Positions 39,984-51,441 of a stretch of DNA of 64,000 bases are shown here, piece after piece. Position 1 is the stretch's first letter. The number at the start of each line of letters is the position of its first letter. The position numbers and the translations under genes were made by a program. A model generated the notes under the pieces. It was not told the DNA's origin, ran no database searches, and saw nothing but the letters and a program-made list of their open reading frames with translations. This stretch comes from Octopus vulgaris (Eukaryota). The stretch is taken from NCBI GenBank assembly GCA_951406725.2, contig OX597825.1, forward strand, positions 41,168,001 through 41,232,000, read 5' to 3'.

Positions 39984-40329
39984 TGAATGATTCTTTGCTG
40001 CAGTTTGATGAGTATTTGCTAATTAATCAGATGCTCATATTTAGAATATGCTGTTTACTCAACTAAACAAACTAAACATGATACATTGCCAATACTTGGA
40101 CTGGAGATGTTGCCAACACACTTTGGGTTGAGATTTGATCTGAAAGTAGCTGTTGGTAAACAATTCCTGAAGCATGCAAAGCTCCAATAGTTATTGGCCA
40201 TTTCCACTTATGTAACCTCTATTTTACCAACTCAGCCAAATTCTTGCTATGAAGTTGTAGACAGTACCCATTCACAAATACGTCACTGCATATTCATCAC
40301 TATGCACTGACTTGAAATAGAATTAATAT

Positions 40330-40865
40330 GCACATATTCCTAAACAAACAACAAACACAAACACACACAGAACAAATTTTTAAATATATTCAACTTCAAA
40401 CAGATACATACATGTAATGTCAACAAATACACATATGTTAAAGAGCAACACACACATACACACTGTAAACAAAATGCAAAGCATGCAACACAAACACAAG
40501 ACAGAGAACAGATACTCATCACACAGCAAAAACTGAAAAACATCCACAATCCAAAAATAAAAAAAAACTATAAACAGAAAAGCATGAACAACTACCACAT
40601 ACAAACACTACAAAAACATACATACTCATGGATGCACTCAATACATAGTCCCCCTTCCAATCTACTGTATATAAAACAATTTTCTTTTTCTTTTTTTTGT
40701 GTTTCATCAATATCATTTCTGTATGGTACAAAAATAAATTGAAATGTATTCAAATCTTTTGTACCGTTTTTCTCACACGATTTTATTTCTATTCTTTTTT
40801 TAAAATTCCCTGTCTAATGAAGGACCTATGTCCAAAACATTAAATAGAAATTTATATTTCTTTGA
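40330..40865. mobile_element. Penelope-like terminal repeat remnant with decayed hammerhead-like motif at 40810-40846
   Basis: CTAATGA-a-ggac-ctat-gtcc-AAAA-ca-TT; A/C-rich low-complexity body; abuts (TA)n. Confidence 0.4.
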
Positions 40866-40872
40866 GAAATAC

Positions 40873-40929
<57 letters not shown>

Positions 40930-41118
40930 CATACATACATACATATATATATACTAGCATTATGACCCGTCATTGCTGGGTCATAGTGCTAGTGCATGTA
41001 TATATGTGTATATATATGTGTACATATTACATGTACATCTATATATATATATATATACATGTACACATAAAATACAAAATACAAAGTTATATCTTGATAT
41101 CGCTAGTGATAACAATAC

Positions 41119-41660
41119 TCAAAATATATAACAGACTGGAATTGTAGGCCCGTCTCTTGTAATTTCGATCAATTGTATCTTGTCCTCCCTCTTGTATAGA
41201 AGTGTGGCTACAATCCAGTCTACCTCTACTTCTGGTGCAACATTTAAAATTTTTATCTGGGACGTCCTACATCCCAGATATAAAGGTAAAAGTAAAATAT
41301 TTCCACTTTGCAAGGTTCAAGTCAAGTACTTCCTTGCACGCTCCGTTGACTCAAACCTTGCTTCTATTGTGGCAAATTTACCACCTCTGGTCGCACCAAG
41401 ACACTTTTTGATGGTGCTTTCCTCCAGGTGTTCAAATCTTTTTTTTCTCCACATTGTATACTTTATAGACAATAGTCTTTTCTTTAATTTAATTTTTCAT
41501 TTCGTTTGGTGGTGTTATCCTAGATTCACCATCTTTGTCGGGGATCAATCCGAAGTAGGTTTGCATTTCTTTCATTTTAATTTTAATGAGTTCGCGCCCG
41601 CCAACGGCTGCAGGGAAATACATTTTTGGACTTTCTTCTATCGAAGGCATTCTAACAAAA
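41119..41660 (-). pseudogene. Interrupted ~170-codon reading frame inside the Helitron, possibly an L1/Tx1 ORF1-like fragment
   Basis: One frame reads ..GGRELIKIKMKEMQTYFGL..KN*IKEKTIVYKVYNVEKKRFEHL..IEARFESTERARKYLT*TLQSGNILLLPLYLGCRTSQIKILNVAPEVEVDWIVATL; identity is inference. Confidence 0.45.
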
Positions 41661-41673
41661 ATGCTTCCGTATA

Positions 41674-42078
41674 GGCGCAGGAGTGGCTGTGTGGTAAGTA
41701 GCTTGTTTACCAACCACATGGTTCCGGGTTCATTCCCACTGTGTGGCACCTTGGGCAAGTGTCTTCTACTATAGCCTCGGGCCGACCAAAGCCTTGTGAG
41801 TGGATTTGGTAGACGGAAACTGAAAGAAGCCCGTCGTATATATGTATATATATGCGTGTGTGTGTTTGTGTGTTTGTCCCCCTAGCATTGCTTGACAACT
41901 GATGCTGGTGTGTTTATGTCCCCGTTACTTAGCGGTTCGGCAAAAGAGACCGATAGAATAAGTACTGGGCTTACAAAAGAATAAGTCCCGGTGTCGAGTT
42001 GCTCGATTAAAGGTGGTGCTCCAGCATGGCCGCAGTCAAATGACTGAAACAAGTAAAAGAGTAAAAGAGAGAGTAAGA
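41674..42078 (+). mobile_element. Young full-length family B tRNA-derived SINE (CORE-like, OR2-like)
   Basis: A box tggctgtgtggt, B box ggttcattccc, CORE-like ggcaccttgggcaagt, internal TA/TG microsatellite, (aagagt)n tail; possible gtata TSD; many CpGs retained. Confidence 0.88.
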
Positions 42079-42947
42079 GTATAAACGATGAAAATATTGT
42101 CAATTTCCCCAAACAGGGACACAATTCAATTTTAAACAATAACCAAAGCTCCTTCTCCCAAAGGGGGAGGGTTAATGTTTACAATTATTTAACAAATGCA
42201 ACTAATTTTATTTTTAATTTATTCCCATTCATGTGAAACCACTTATTCAAGTTCAAGTCATTGATGCAATTTTATACCAATTGCTATTTTTACTTTTGTT
42301 ATGTTACGATTATATTATACTTTAGCTTGATTTTAATTATTACTTACTACATATAATTCAATTGCTATTATTATCTCTAATTTTTATTGTTAAAGTGAAA
42401 GTATCTGACATAAAATAGAGAAATGTTTTTGTTTCACTTTTAACACGTAATACTGAAATAGTGGAGAAGATATGATATTGCTATGGGCTCGCCCTAGGCA
42501 AGAAGTTGAACATTTTTTCCCATGAAACTACATGGACTCTAAGTAAGGCATGTGTAAAATTTGAATGAAATTGGTTGTGTAGTTCTCAAGTTTTAGAGAA
42601 TCATAGTGGAGAAGATATGATATTGCTATGGGCTCACCCTAGGCAAAAAGTTAAAAACTTTTTTGCCAATGACACTCCCCGGACCCTCAGTAAGACATGT
42701 GTAAAATTTGAATGAATTTGATTGTGTAGTTCTCAAGTTTTAGGGAAACACACAGACAGACAGACAGACACACATTCTCAGTTTTATATATATAGAGATA
42801 TATGTGTATATATATATATGTATGTATATAACATATACAGATGCATGTACACGCATACACATACATACCAATACATATGTACACAGACACACACTCACAC
42901 ACACATATACTAATGCATGTGTGTGTATGTGTATAAATATATATAAT

Positions 42948-43712
42948 AATCATCATTATTTAATATTCATTGTCCTTGCTGGCTTGGGTAGGATGGTGTG
43001 ATCAAAATTGGCAGGCCAGAGAGCTGCACCAGGATCCAGTCTGATTTGGAATGGTTTCTACAGCTGGGTGCCCTTCCTAACACCAACCACTTTACAGAGT
43101 GTGCTGGATGCTTTTATGTGGCACCATACAAGTGATCTTATGTGGTACCACATGGATGGTTTTATATGGCACCTCATGTGTGCTTTAACATGACACCACA
43201 TGGGCACTTCTATGTAGAATTGTCAAAAGTGCTTTTTATGAGGCACTGGCACTGGACTCTTGCAGGTCAATCGTTTCCACCAATGGCACCAAACTTGGTC
43301 TTCTTGGGTTCATCAAGGCACCAGTCATCCTGTTCCTTTGTTGTCTTGCCTGGAAGCGTTCTGAGATCATTCTTCAGTCCTTCATCCCATGTCCTCCTGT
43401 GTCTTCCACATGCTTCATCTATTTTGAGAGATCAGCACTGCTTTATGGAGCTGTCAGCATCCATCTGCATCACATGATGAAACTAGTGCAGTCTTCTCTC
43501 TTGCACACAGTATCTAATTCCTCTTATGCCTAACTTCTCTCTCAGTACCCCTAGGACTTTGTCAAACATGTACACTTACATTACACATCCAGCAGAGCAT
43601 ACTAGTCTCATTCCTTTCTAGCCTTCGCATGTCTTCTGCATTTAGGGCCCATGACTCAATACCATGTAGAATTGCTGTCTGTATACACGCATCATACAAT
43701 CTTCCTTTTACT
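42948..43712 (-). mobile_element. 5'-truncated RTE-type LINE (same family as 56341-57688)
   Basis: Minus strand KGRLYDACIQTAILHGIESWALNAEDMRRLERNE followed by the shared 3'UTR and tail. Confidence 0.85.
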
Positions 43713-44407
43713 CGGAGTACAGGTTTCTTGATCCATACACCTGAATGAAAACATTGTTGTATAAATCTTCCCTAAAATCATTGGCTGTAATGCACGTGTG
43801 GTGGTACAAAACTCTAAAACACATAGGTGTTGCATGTACTTGCACGTTGTCTTTCATCTGGAGATTCTTGTATTCAGAAAGCAACCTTCCCAACACCACA
43901 TGTAATATCTTTGACAGCATGCTTCCTTACTTATAGTTCATATTTGACAGTTCTGCCTCTGTGAAAATCTACATATGTATCAGCAGTCTGTAGTATCATT
44001 CAAAAGGAAAACTGACCTTCCTTGTAGTTGACACCAAAGATAGAACCTATTTATGAACTTCCTACCATTGCCTGATGATAACACAAAAATACCACTCTAG
44101 GTTTGTTGGTTTATGTACAATTGAAGGCTAAATAATCCCAACTACTACTAATAAAAGTATTACCTATTCAAAATATTGTAAATGTAGATTGCTGTCAATC
44201 ACTGGTCACACAAACTGACATGTAACCTGACACCACCTTCCTTCTTGCCTCATCAAGTGGTAGTTGTTGTCATTAAAATACCACACCTTATAGAATGCTC
44301 ACTACTATCCAGTCTGCCAATCAAGTGAAACATAATGAAAAGTCTAGCTGAAGCACCCATGTGACAGGAACTTACCAATTGGAAGTCTCAATGTTCTCAC
44401 TCAAAAG

Positions 44408-44645
44408 AGCAGTGAGCTGGCAGAATCGTTAGCATGCCAAGCAAAATGCTTAGCAGTATTTCGTCTGGCATTACTTTCTGAGTTCAAATTCTGCCGAGGT
44501 CAACTTTGCCATTCATCGTTTTGGGGTCAATTAAATAAGTACCAGTTACACACTCGGGATCGATGTAACTGACTTAATCCCTTTGCCTGTCTTTGTTTGT
44601 CCCCTCTATGTTTATTCCCCTGTGGCCAATAAAGAAATAAAGAAA
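44408..44645 (+). mobile_element. Family A SINE copy
   Basis: gagctggcagaatcgttagc..gagttcaaattc..ggggtcaattaaataagtaccag..(aaagaaat)n tail. Confidence 0.85.
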
Positions 44646-46049
44646 GAAATATTATCACTCAAAAGACATTTTAAACTTTCTTTACAATTGTTTCCACTCT
44701 GACTCCATACAATTGGCAATATGTCCATAAAACTTTGGGTAATATTGAGCTGAGTGAACTTGTTATTAAAACTCTGCATCTGTGTTTGTGTCTATGTATG
44801 TGTGTGAGTGAGGTGTGTGTGATTGTATTAAGAGTATGCATGCTTTAAAATATATACATATATATATATACACACACACACACATATGTATATTCATATA
44901 CACACACAGAAAGCCTCTATCTGTCTGCACATACTTGCATGTGGGAATTGTTTTGTGTGTGTGTGTGCACACGTGCATTTGCGTCTGTGTGTGTGTCTGT
45001 TTGTGTGAGTGTGTATGCATTGTGTCTATAACAAGGACACTTTGAGTTTCATTATCACAATATTTGTTACTTTAAGAAGATGCTCTATGATTATAAAATT
45101 TTCAGTAGTGTGTAATTGATGTGATTTTCCATCATTGTTTTTGCTATAGTTGTAAATTTTATGTGATGTAAACGTTCCACAAATTTGCTCACAATATTAT
45201 TGTTTCGAAATTTTCCAAAAAGATTCTAGGGTTATTTTATCTTGTTCTAAGCCTGTTCACACTTCTACTAAAATTTTACTACTGGTAATTTTAGCATTAA
45301 TAACATTATTTGTTATTGATTAATGAGAGCTTAGTTTTGCATTAACAAATAAAGTGTTTTTCATTGAGTCACTTCATCTTAAATGCTGGAACGTGTATGA
45401 TTTTTACATCTATGTGACTGTATAAGCTTGATGTATGTTTGAATGAGTTTATTCATGAAAAATTCTTTTTACTTTGGTTGTTGTGACGTCTTTTGTTGGA
45501 TTTTATTCACTGTAATATTTTCCTGAAGTAATTATATTTGTAATTAACACAAATCAATAATAATTAATTAAAAAGAAACACACCAATTAATGAAATTAAT
45601 TACAATAATTTACAGATGTAATTAAAAAATTCATTCAACGTCATCCAGGGAAATCCTAGGTTTCGACCCACTGCCAAAAGCTTTACTTTATGTTTAATTT
45701 GTTTTAATTACTCCAGCTGTGTTTTTACAAAGTAATCAGCTGTGCTTCATTAGCATCATGCAGTTAAGTGACATGCTGAGAATGTATTGATAATCTACAG
45801 AAGTAAAACAGCTGAATGAGTAGAGTATTAGACTAACAGCTCAAATGTCACCAGTTCAAATTCTTTGTAGACATACAATGTTGTGTGTTAGTACACTATT
45901 GTCAATTTTATACACCACACCTGACCTATCTATAACATAAATCAAGTAGTGTTAGAAACAAACCTGAAATAGATTAGAATCTTATCCAAGAAGATAAGGA
46001 GATTGATCTCCCATTAATTTCATTCCAACAAAAAGTTAAATAATGGACA

Positions 46050-46260
46050 TGTGTGTGTGTGCGTGTGTACATATGTAAGTATGTATGTGTGTGTGTATAT
46101 ATATATATATGTATGTGTGTATGTATGCATGTATGCATGTATGTATGTATGTATGTATGTATGTATGCATGCAAGCATACATACATACATGCATGTAAGC
46201 ATACATACATACTTACATACATACATGCATGCAAGCATACATACATACATGCATGTAAGC
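46050..46260. repeat. Compound (TG)/(TATG)/(CATA) microsatellite, partly self-complementary
   Basis: (tatg)n-gcatgc-(atac)n; a 28-nt unit recurs. Confidence 0.9.
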
Positions 46261-46989
46261 CTAGAAACAACACTTTATAGAGTTGCTTCACTTACTAGAA
46301 ATAACAAACCTTCCACATGTTTAGTTTGGAAGAAAAAATAACAAAAAAAAAGATTGTATTATGTGACCAAAGGTGCACTAAGTTTACAAAAAAAAGCATG
46401 TGATGGTCACATTTGAGATATTGTGTTCATAGATAGAGTCAAATGTCCCTAATCTTGAGATGAACAGATATGTTTGGCTTGTTTGGCAGAAGGATGCTCA
46501 GAGAAACAGATAGTTAGATAGTTAGAGAGTTTTTTGTGATACACTGATTTCAAGTAAGTTTTCTGTTGTTGCTGATGTCATTTATTCCTAAATCAGCAGT
46601 GACTGAGCAGACCTATGATGAAAGGCATTTCAGGTATAATCATTCTATCTATCTGTTAGTATATTTAAAGTGTGATATTTAGAAATTTGTCCATTTTTTC
46701 TATCTTGCCAAGTATGATGTATGCATACTTTCTTTGAGATTTATCTAAGCTCTTAATGGAGTTGAAGCCAGTCGTTAACAAGGCAACAAGACTTTATGAG
46801 TTATGAAAGTACCTGGGGCTTTGTAAATATTCAATTGAGTTGGTGTATGCATATATGTAGGTGTATGCACCTGCATTTGTGTTCCATATGAACTTGTCTC
46901 TTTAGTGCTTAGATGTTTGCATGTGGGTTGATGCCACCAATAGATTATATTTGGGGGATGCACATCAGCATTTTTTTTTTACTTTTTCT

Positions 46990-47535
46990 TAGGATGTGCT
47001 GGTATTTTGGGTTTTCATGCAAATCCAGAGACATTGCTTAATGTACCTATGATGAGAGGTACAAATGAACATCTATAGCAAGGATTTTGTAAGTTACACA
47101 TTTTTTCACCATAAATGTTCACTTTCTAGGTTTTAGTTGGTACATTTCTATCCTCTGGGCAGCAGACCTCTGCAATGGTGTATGATGTTTGTTCCCTGTC
47201 CCACAGAATCATACCAGATCTGTCACGCTTGTACTGAATTTCTGTTTTTATTGGAATATTCCACCAATATTCCTTATTTTTGTAGGTATAAATACATCTT
47301 GGATCTGACATGTCTTTGATATATCTATCAGGGCAATTCTCTCTGCAGTTAGCATTGATTGTAAATAGATTTGCAACTGTACTATGTCCCAAGAGTAGGT
47401 AATATCTTTGCTGAAATTTTGGGGAAATGCTGATGATGTCGTATCTTCTACACTGATGTAGCATACCCAGCATTTTCTGTCACCATGTGGAAGTTTGGTG
47501 ACATCTTTGTCTCTTATTTGTACCATCTCAAACCC
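46990..47535 (-). mobile_element. 3' relic of another REL-endonuclease non-LTR element (R2/R4/NeSL-like)
   Basis: RKCWVC..ED / IISISPKFQQRYYL..HSTVA (CCHC region); EYWWNIPIKT..ILWDRE..TIAEVCCPEDRNV..K. Confidence 0.65.
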
Positions 47536-47591
47536 AGAAAAAGAGAACATTTATGGGGGACAAATATGCAACTTACAACTTTGATAGCTTA

Positions 47592-47916
47592 ACGGGCACT
47601 CTCTTGCTTATGATGACAAGGGTTCCAGTTGATCCAACACAATGGAACAGCCTGCTCATGAAATTAAAATGCAAGTGGCTGAGCACTCTACTAACATGCA
47701 TACTCTTGACGTAGTTCTCAGGAAGATTCAGTGTGGCCCATAATGTGACAAGGATGGCCTTTTAAAATACAGATACTACTCATTTTTGCTAGCTGAGTGG
47801 ACTGGAGCAATGTGAAATAAAGTGTCTAGCTCAAGGACACAAAATGTCACTGGGAACTGAACTCATGACCTTATAATGGTGAGCCAAATACTCTAACCAC
47901 TAAGCAACATGCCTTC
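47592..47916 (-). mobile_element. tRNA-derived SINE, family D
   Basis: Minus strand aaggcatgttgcttagtggttagagta (A box)..gagttcagttccc (B box)..gtgtccttgagctagacacttt. Confidence 0.75.
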
Positions 47917-48689
47917 ACAAACAACTCTTATATCATGGCTATAGCATATTAAGTAGCAATCTACAACATGAATGGCAAAAGCATATTCCTTCAAGGTGGG
48001 ATGTATTGTATCTACCACAGATCCAGGAGCAGCAACTCTTCCTATCAATGTTAGGTACCCATGCATTGCTTTTTGTTGATATGATGAATACTTCTCCAAG
48101 TTTTGGATCTAGTTTTTTTCATTCGCAAAATATGCATTTTTTAAAAGGAAGTAAAAATCTGAAAATCGGCTATAATAATGTAGTCTTCCAGTCTCATTGC
48201 TTTGAAGGTATGATGTTGTGGAGAAAAAAATTGGAGAAAAAAGTTACAGAGGTTTAAAAATTAAAAAAGCTGGGTATTTTTAGCCAATTACGAGACAGAA
48301 ATTTTCTGCATTTAGCAGAGCGGTATCAACTTTAAGGTTGCATCCTGTGAAATTTATAGTTTAGCATCTGACCTGTTCATTGTAGGTTTCTAAATAAAAA
48401 GAAATACCTAATATAATCAACATGTATCATCTTACTGTTTCTTTTGTCCTTTCCTTGATTGTAGGTTTTTATCATTTTTTTTTAAATTTGTTATAATAAT
48501 ATATTTGTCTGCATGTGTTTATTTTATGTATACTTCAGTATTATGTATACCTGTATTTATGTACGTCATTAATACATAAGTGCATTTATGTACATCATTA
48601 ATATGTGTGTGTGTGTGTGTGTGTGTGAAAAGGAGGTGTCTATCTCCAAAACTCCAAATTTGAGTAATGTTTTCATGCTTGGATTTGTA

Positions 48690-49070
48690 AGACAGACAGA
48701 CACACATTCTCAGTTTTATATATATAGAGATATATGTGTATATATATATGTATGTATATAACATATACAGATGCATGTACACGCATACACATACATACTA
48801 ATACATATGTACACAGACACACACTCACACACACATATACTAATGCATGTGTGTGTATGTGTATAAATATATATAATAATCATCATTATTTAATATTCAT
48901 TGTCCTTGCTGGCTTGGGTAGGATGGTGTGATCAAAATTGGCAGGCCAGAGAGCTGCACCAGGCTCCAGTCTGATTTGGAATGGTTTCTACAGCTGGGTG
49001 CCCTTCCTAACACCAACCACTTTACAGAGTGTGCTGGATGCTTTTATGTGGCACCATACAAGTGATCTTA
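48690..49070 (+). repeat. Near-identical direct copy of 42758-43140
   Basis: ~380 bp; by eye only 2 substitutions and one TA unit differ. Confidence 0.95.
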
Positions 49071-50011
49071 AGAATAACACTGGTCAACAAAGAATTTTAT
49101 CAAGGAAAAGAATACCTGTATCTTATATGTTTTTGCATGCAAAATTCAAAAATAATGTCAAATTATCTGTATCACCCACACTTTCACTGTTCTGTGATAT
49201 TCCTCTCAGTTCCTGTAACGTGGGCTAAATGTCAGTTAAGCTGTTGAAATGTGAAGCTGATGGTTTAAGAAATATTCCTAATTTAAATTTTTATGAATAG
49301 AATTAATCTAGTGAAATCATAAATCGAACTGAGTCAATGAGTCCCCAAAATATATAAAATAAAAAATATGTAAAAATTCCAACACACAGAAAAAAGCACA
49401 GAAAAAACTAAAAATAGAGAAATATGTAATATACTAACACACAGAAAAATTAAAACAAAACATGTGGATGAAAAGAATCTCGTGATGTGAAAAGTCTACA
49501 TAGACAACAGTGAAGCACAACACAGTTTGTGGTTGTCATGGTAACAAGCTGCTAATGCCATGCTGTCTGCTGATTACCCAGATTTCCCAACTTTAATTCT
49601 AAATAACATCAGATTCTTTAATTTACAAGATAAAGTAATTGGTTGATCGTAATCAAAATTCAGAGTTGCATCGATATATCAAAATTGAAAGCAATCCGAG
49701 CAAAATTAAGAGGAGCTCTCAAATGAGAAAGATTAGATCCCAAGTTTTCATTGATGCTCATCAGTTCAACTTCCTTTGGGTCACGTGAGACAGTTTCAGG
49801 AGTTCTTTCTCTACTCTGAAGATGTAGTTTTTATCACTTTTGAGTATATATTTAATATACTTGTCTCTTTCTTTATTTTTCAGCAGGTAGGTGTGGTCTG
49901 AGTGATACAATACAACACTCAAAGACTGGATTGAGCTTATGCCTCTGCTATTCAACATTTAATCTTAGTTAGATCTTCTTGCTGTTACTGTTGATAAGGA
50001 TGTTGCCAGTC

Positions 50012-50042
<31 letters not shown>

Positions 50043-50320
50043 TGTATGTATGTATGTATGTATGTATGTATGTATGTATAGAACCTCCATTCACTTGTTT
50101 GCTCTTTTTTTAATAGGTTAATAATGATTTCTTCCATTTAATAATTTAACATCGCAATAAATACTTCTAAACAACACAGTCGACAGACTTGTAAGGACTG
50201 GTTGTCAGTTCTAGTTTCTTAGAATCAAAACGACCTTGAGATAAACATTCCTAATTGTATGGGCACAGGTTTATCGTGGGTAACATCTCCAGAGGTCTAG
50301 TAAAGAATCTTAGCAATATA

Positions 50321-50727
50321 GGTACAGGCGTAGCTATATGGTAAGAAGCTTGCTTCCCAACCACATGGTTCTAGGCTCAGTCAGTTTGCATGGCACCTTG
50401 GGCAAGCGTCTTCCACTGTAGCCTTAGGCTGACCAAAGACTTGTGAATAGATTTGGTAGATGGAAACTGAAAGAAGCCTGTTGTATACATATATATGTAT
50501 ATGGGTAAATATCTACGTGTGTGTGTCTTTGTGTTTGTCCCCATCACTGCTTGACAACCAGTACTGGTGTGTTTACATGCCCATATGCTTGCAGTTCAGT
50601 AAAAGAGACTGATAGAATAAGTTCTAGGGTTTAAAAATAAGTCCTGAGGTCAATATGTTCTACTAAAACTCCTCAAGGTAGTGCTCCAGCAAGATCGCAG
50701 TCAAATGACTGAAACAAATAAAAGAAT
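50321..50727 (+). mobile_element. Full-length family B SINE
   Basis: Colinear with 41674-42078. Confidence 0.85.
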
Positions 50728-51222
50728 AATATAAAAGTACTGAGGTAACTAAGAATAAAATGGTCCCATCAGGAAAAAAAATACCAATGGCTCATTCTAT
50801 GAACCTTTACTGCAATACACTTTCCATCTCACTAACTAGCCTTTGGACACACAATCAGATCTTCTTTGAGGTGTGTTTCATTTCAATAAATATCATTCAC
50901 TTTCCTAAACCCGTAATGTAATTCTATGTATCTTGATAATGTTAAAACTACTAAAGTTCTTTTCTAGCCCCTGGTCAGCTTTGTAAAATAGATTAACAAT
51001 CAATACCATTTCAGCTTTGACCCTAACATTTGTTGGTTTGAACATCAAGGAATACATTATTCATCATTAAGATGATCAGATGTGATTTTTGTGGAGATAT
51101 AGTTGCTATTTCTAGCATGTTGGGAGACTGTATAGAAGACTCCTCACAGAAGAGATTGGACTGTTGACAGAGGAGTGTCATAATCACTACCGTGGTTTTC
51201 ATTGGATCATCATTATTCATAA

Positions 51223-51441
51223 CCCTTTACATTCAAACCAGCTATATCTGACCCAAATATTCTGCTTGTTTTACATTCAAACTGGTCAGTTGCAACCTCT
51301 CACACCTACCCTACCATGTCGTTCTAAAGTAAACAATAACATCATTAAAACCCCCGAAAGCAGATGATAATACCAGATTAATTCAAAACAATGTGAATAA
51401 ATAAGCATTACATTTGACAGAATAATCTGAATGCTAAAGGG
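51223..51441. mobile_element. piggyBac-type MITE
   Basis: TIRs ccctttacattca / tgaatgctaaaggg flanked by ATAA and TTAA. Confidence 0.75.

Larger units (their letters stand above)
40954..42798 (-). mobile_element. Non-autonomous Helitron with internal cargo
   Basis: Minus strand begins A|TCtctatatatataaaac and ends with hairpin gacccagcaatgacgggtc then ataatgCTAG|T; no TSD; internal 145-bp tandem duplication at 42458-42745. Confidence 0.75.

Noticed and set aside
41674-41745. tRNA gene
   Set aside because: A/B boxes belong to a SINE head; no cloverleaf, and it continues into the SINE body.
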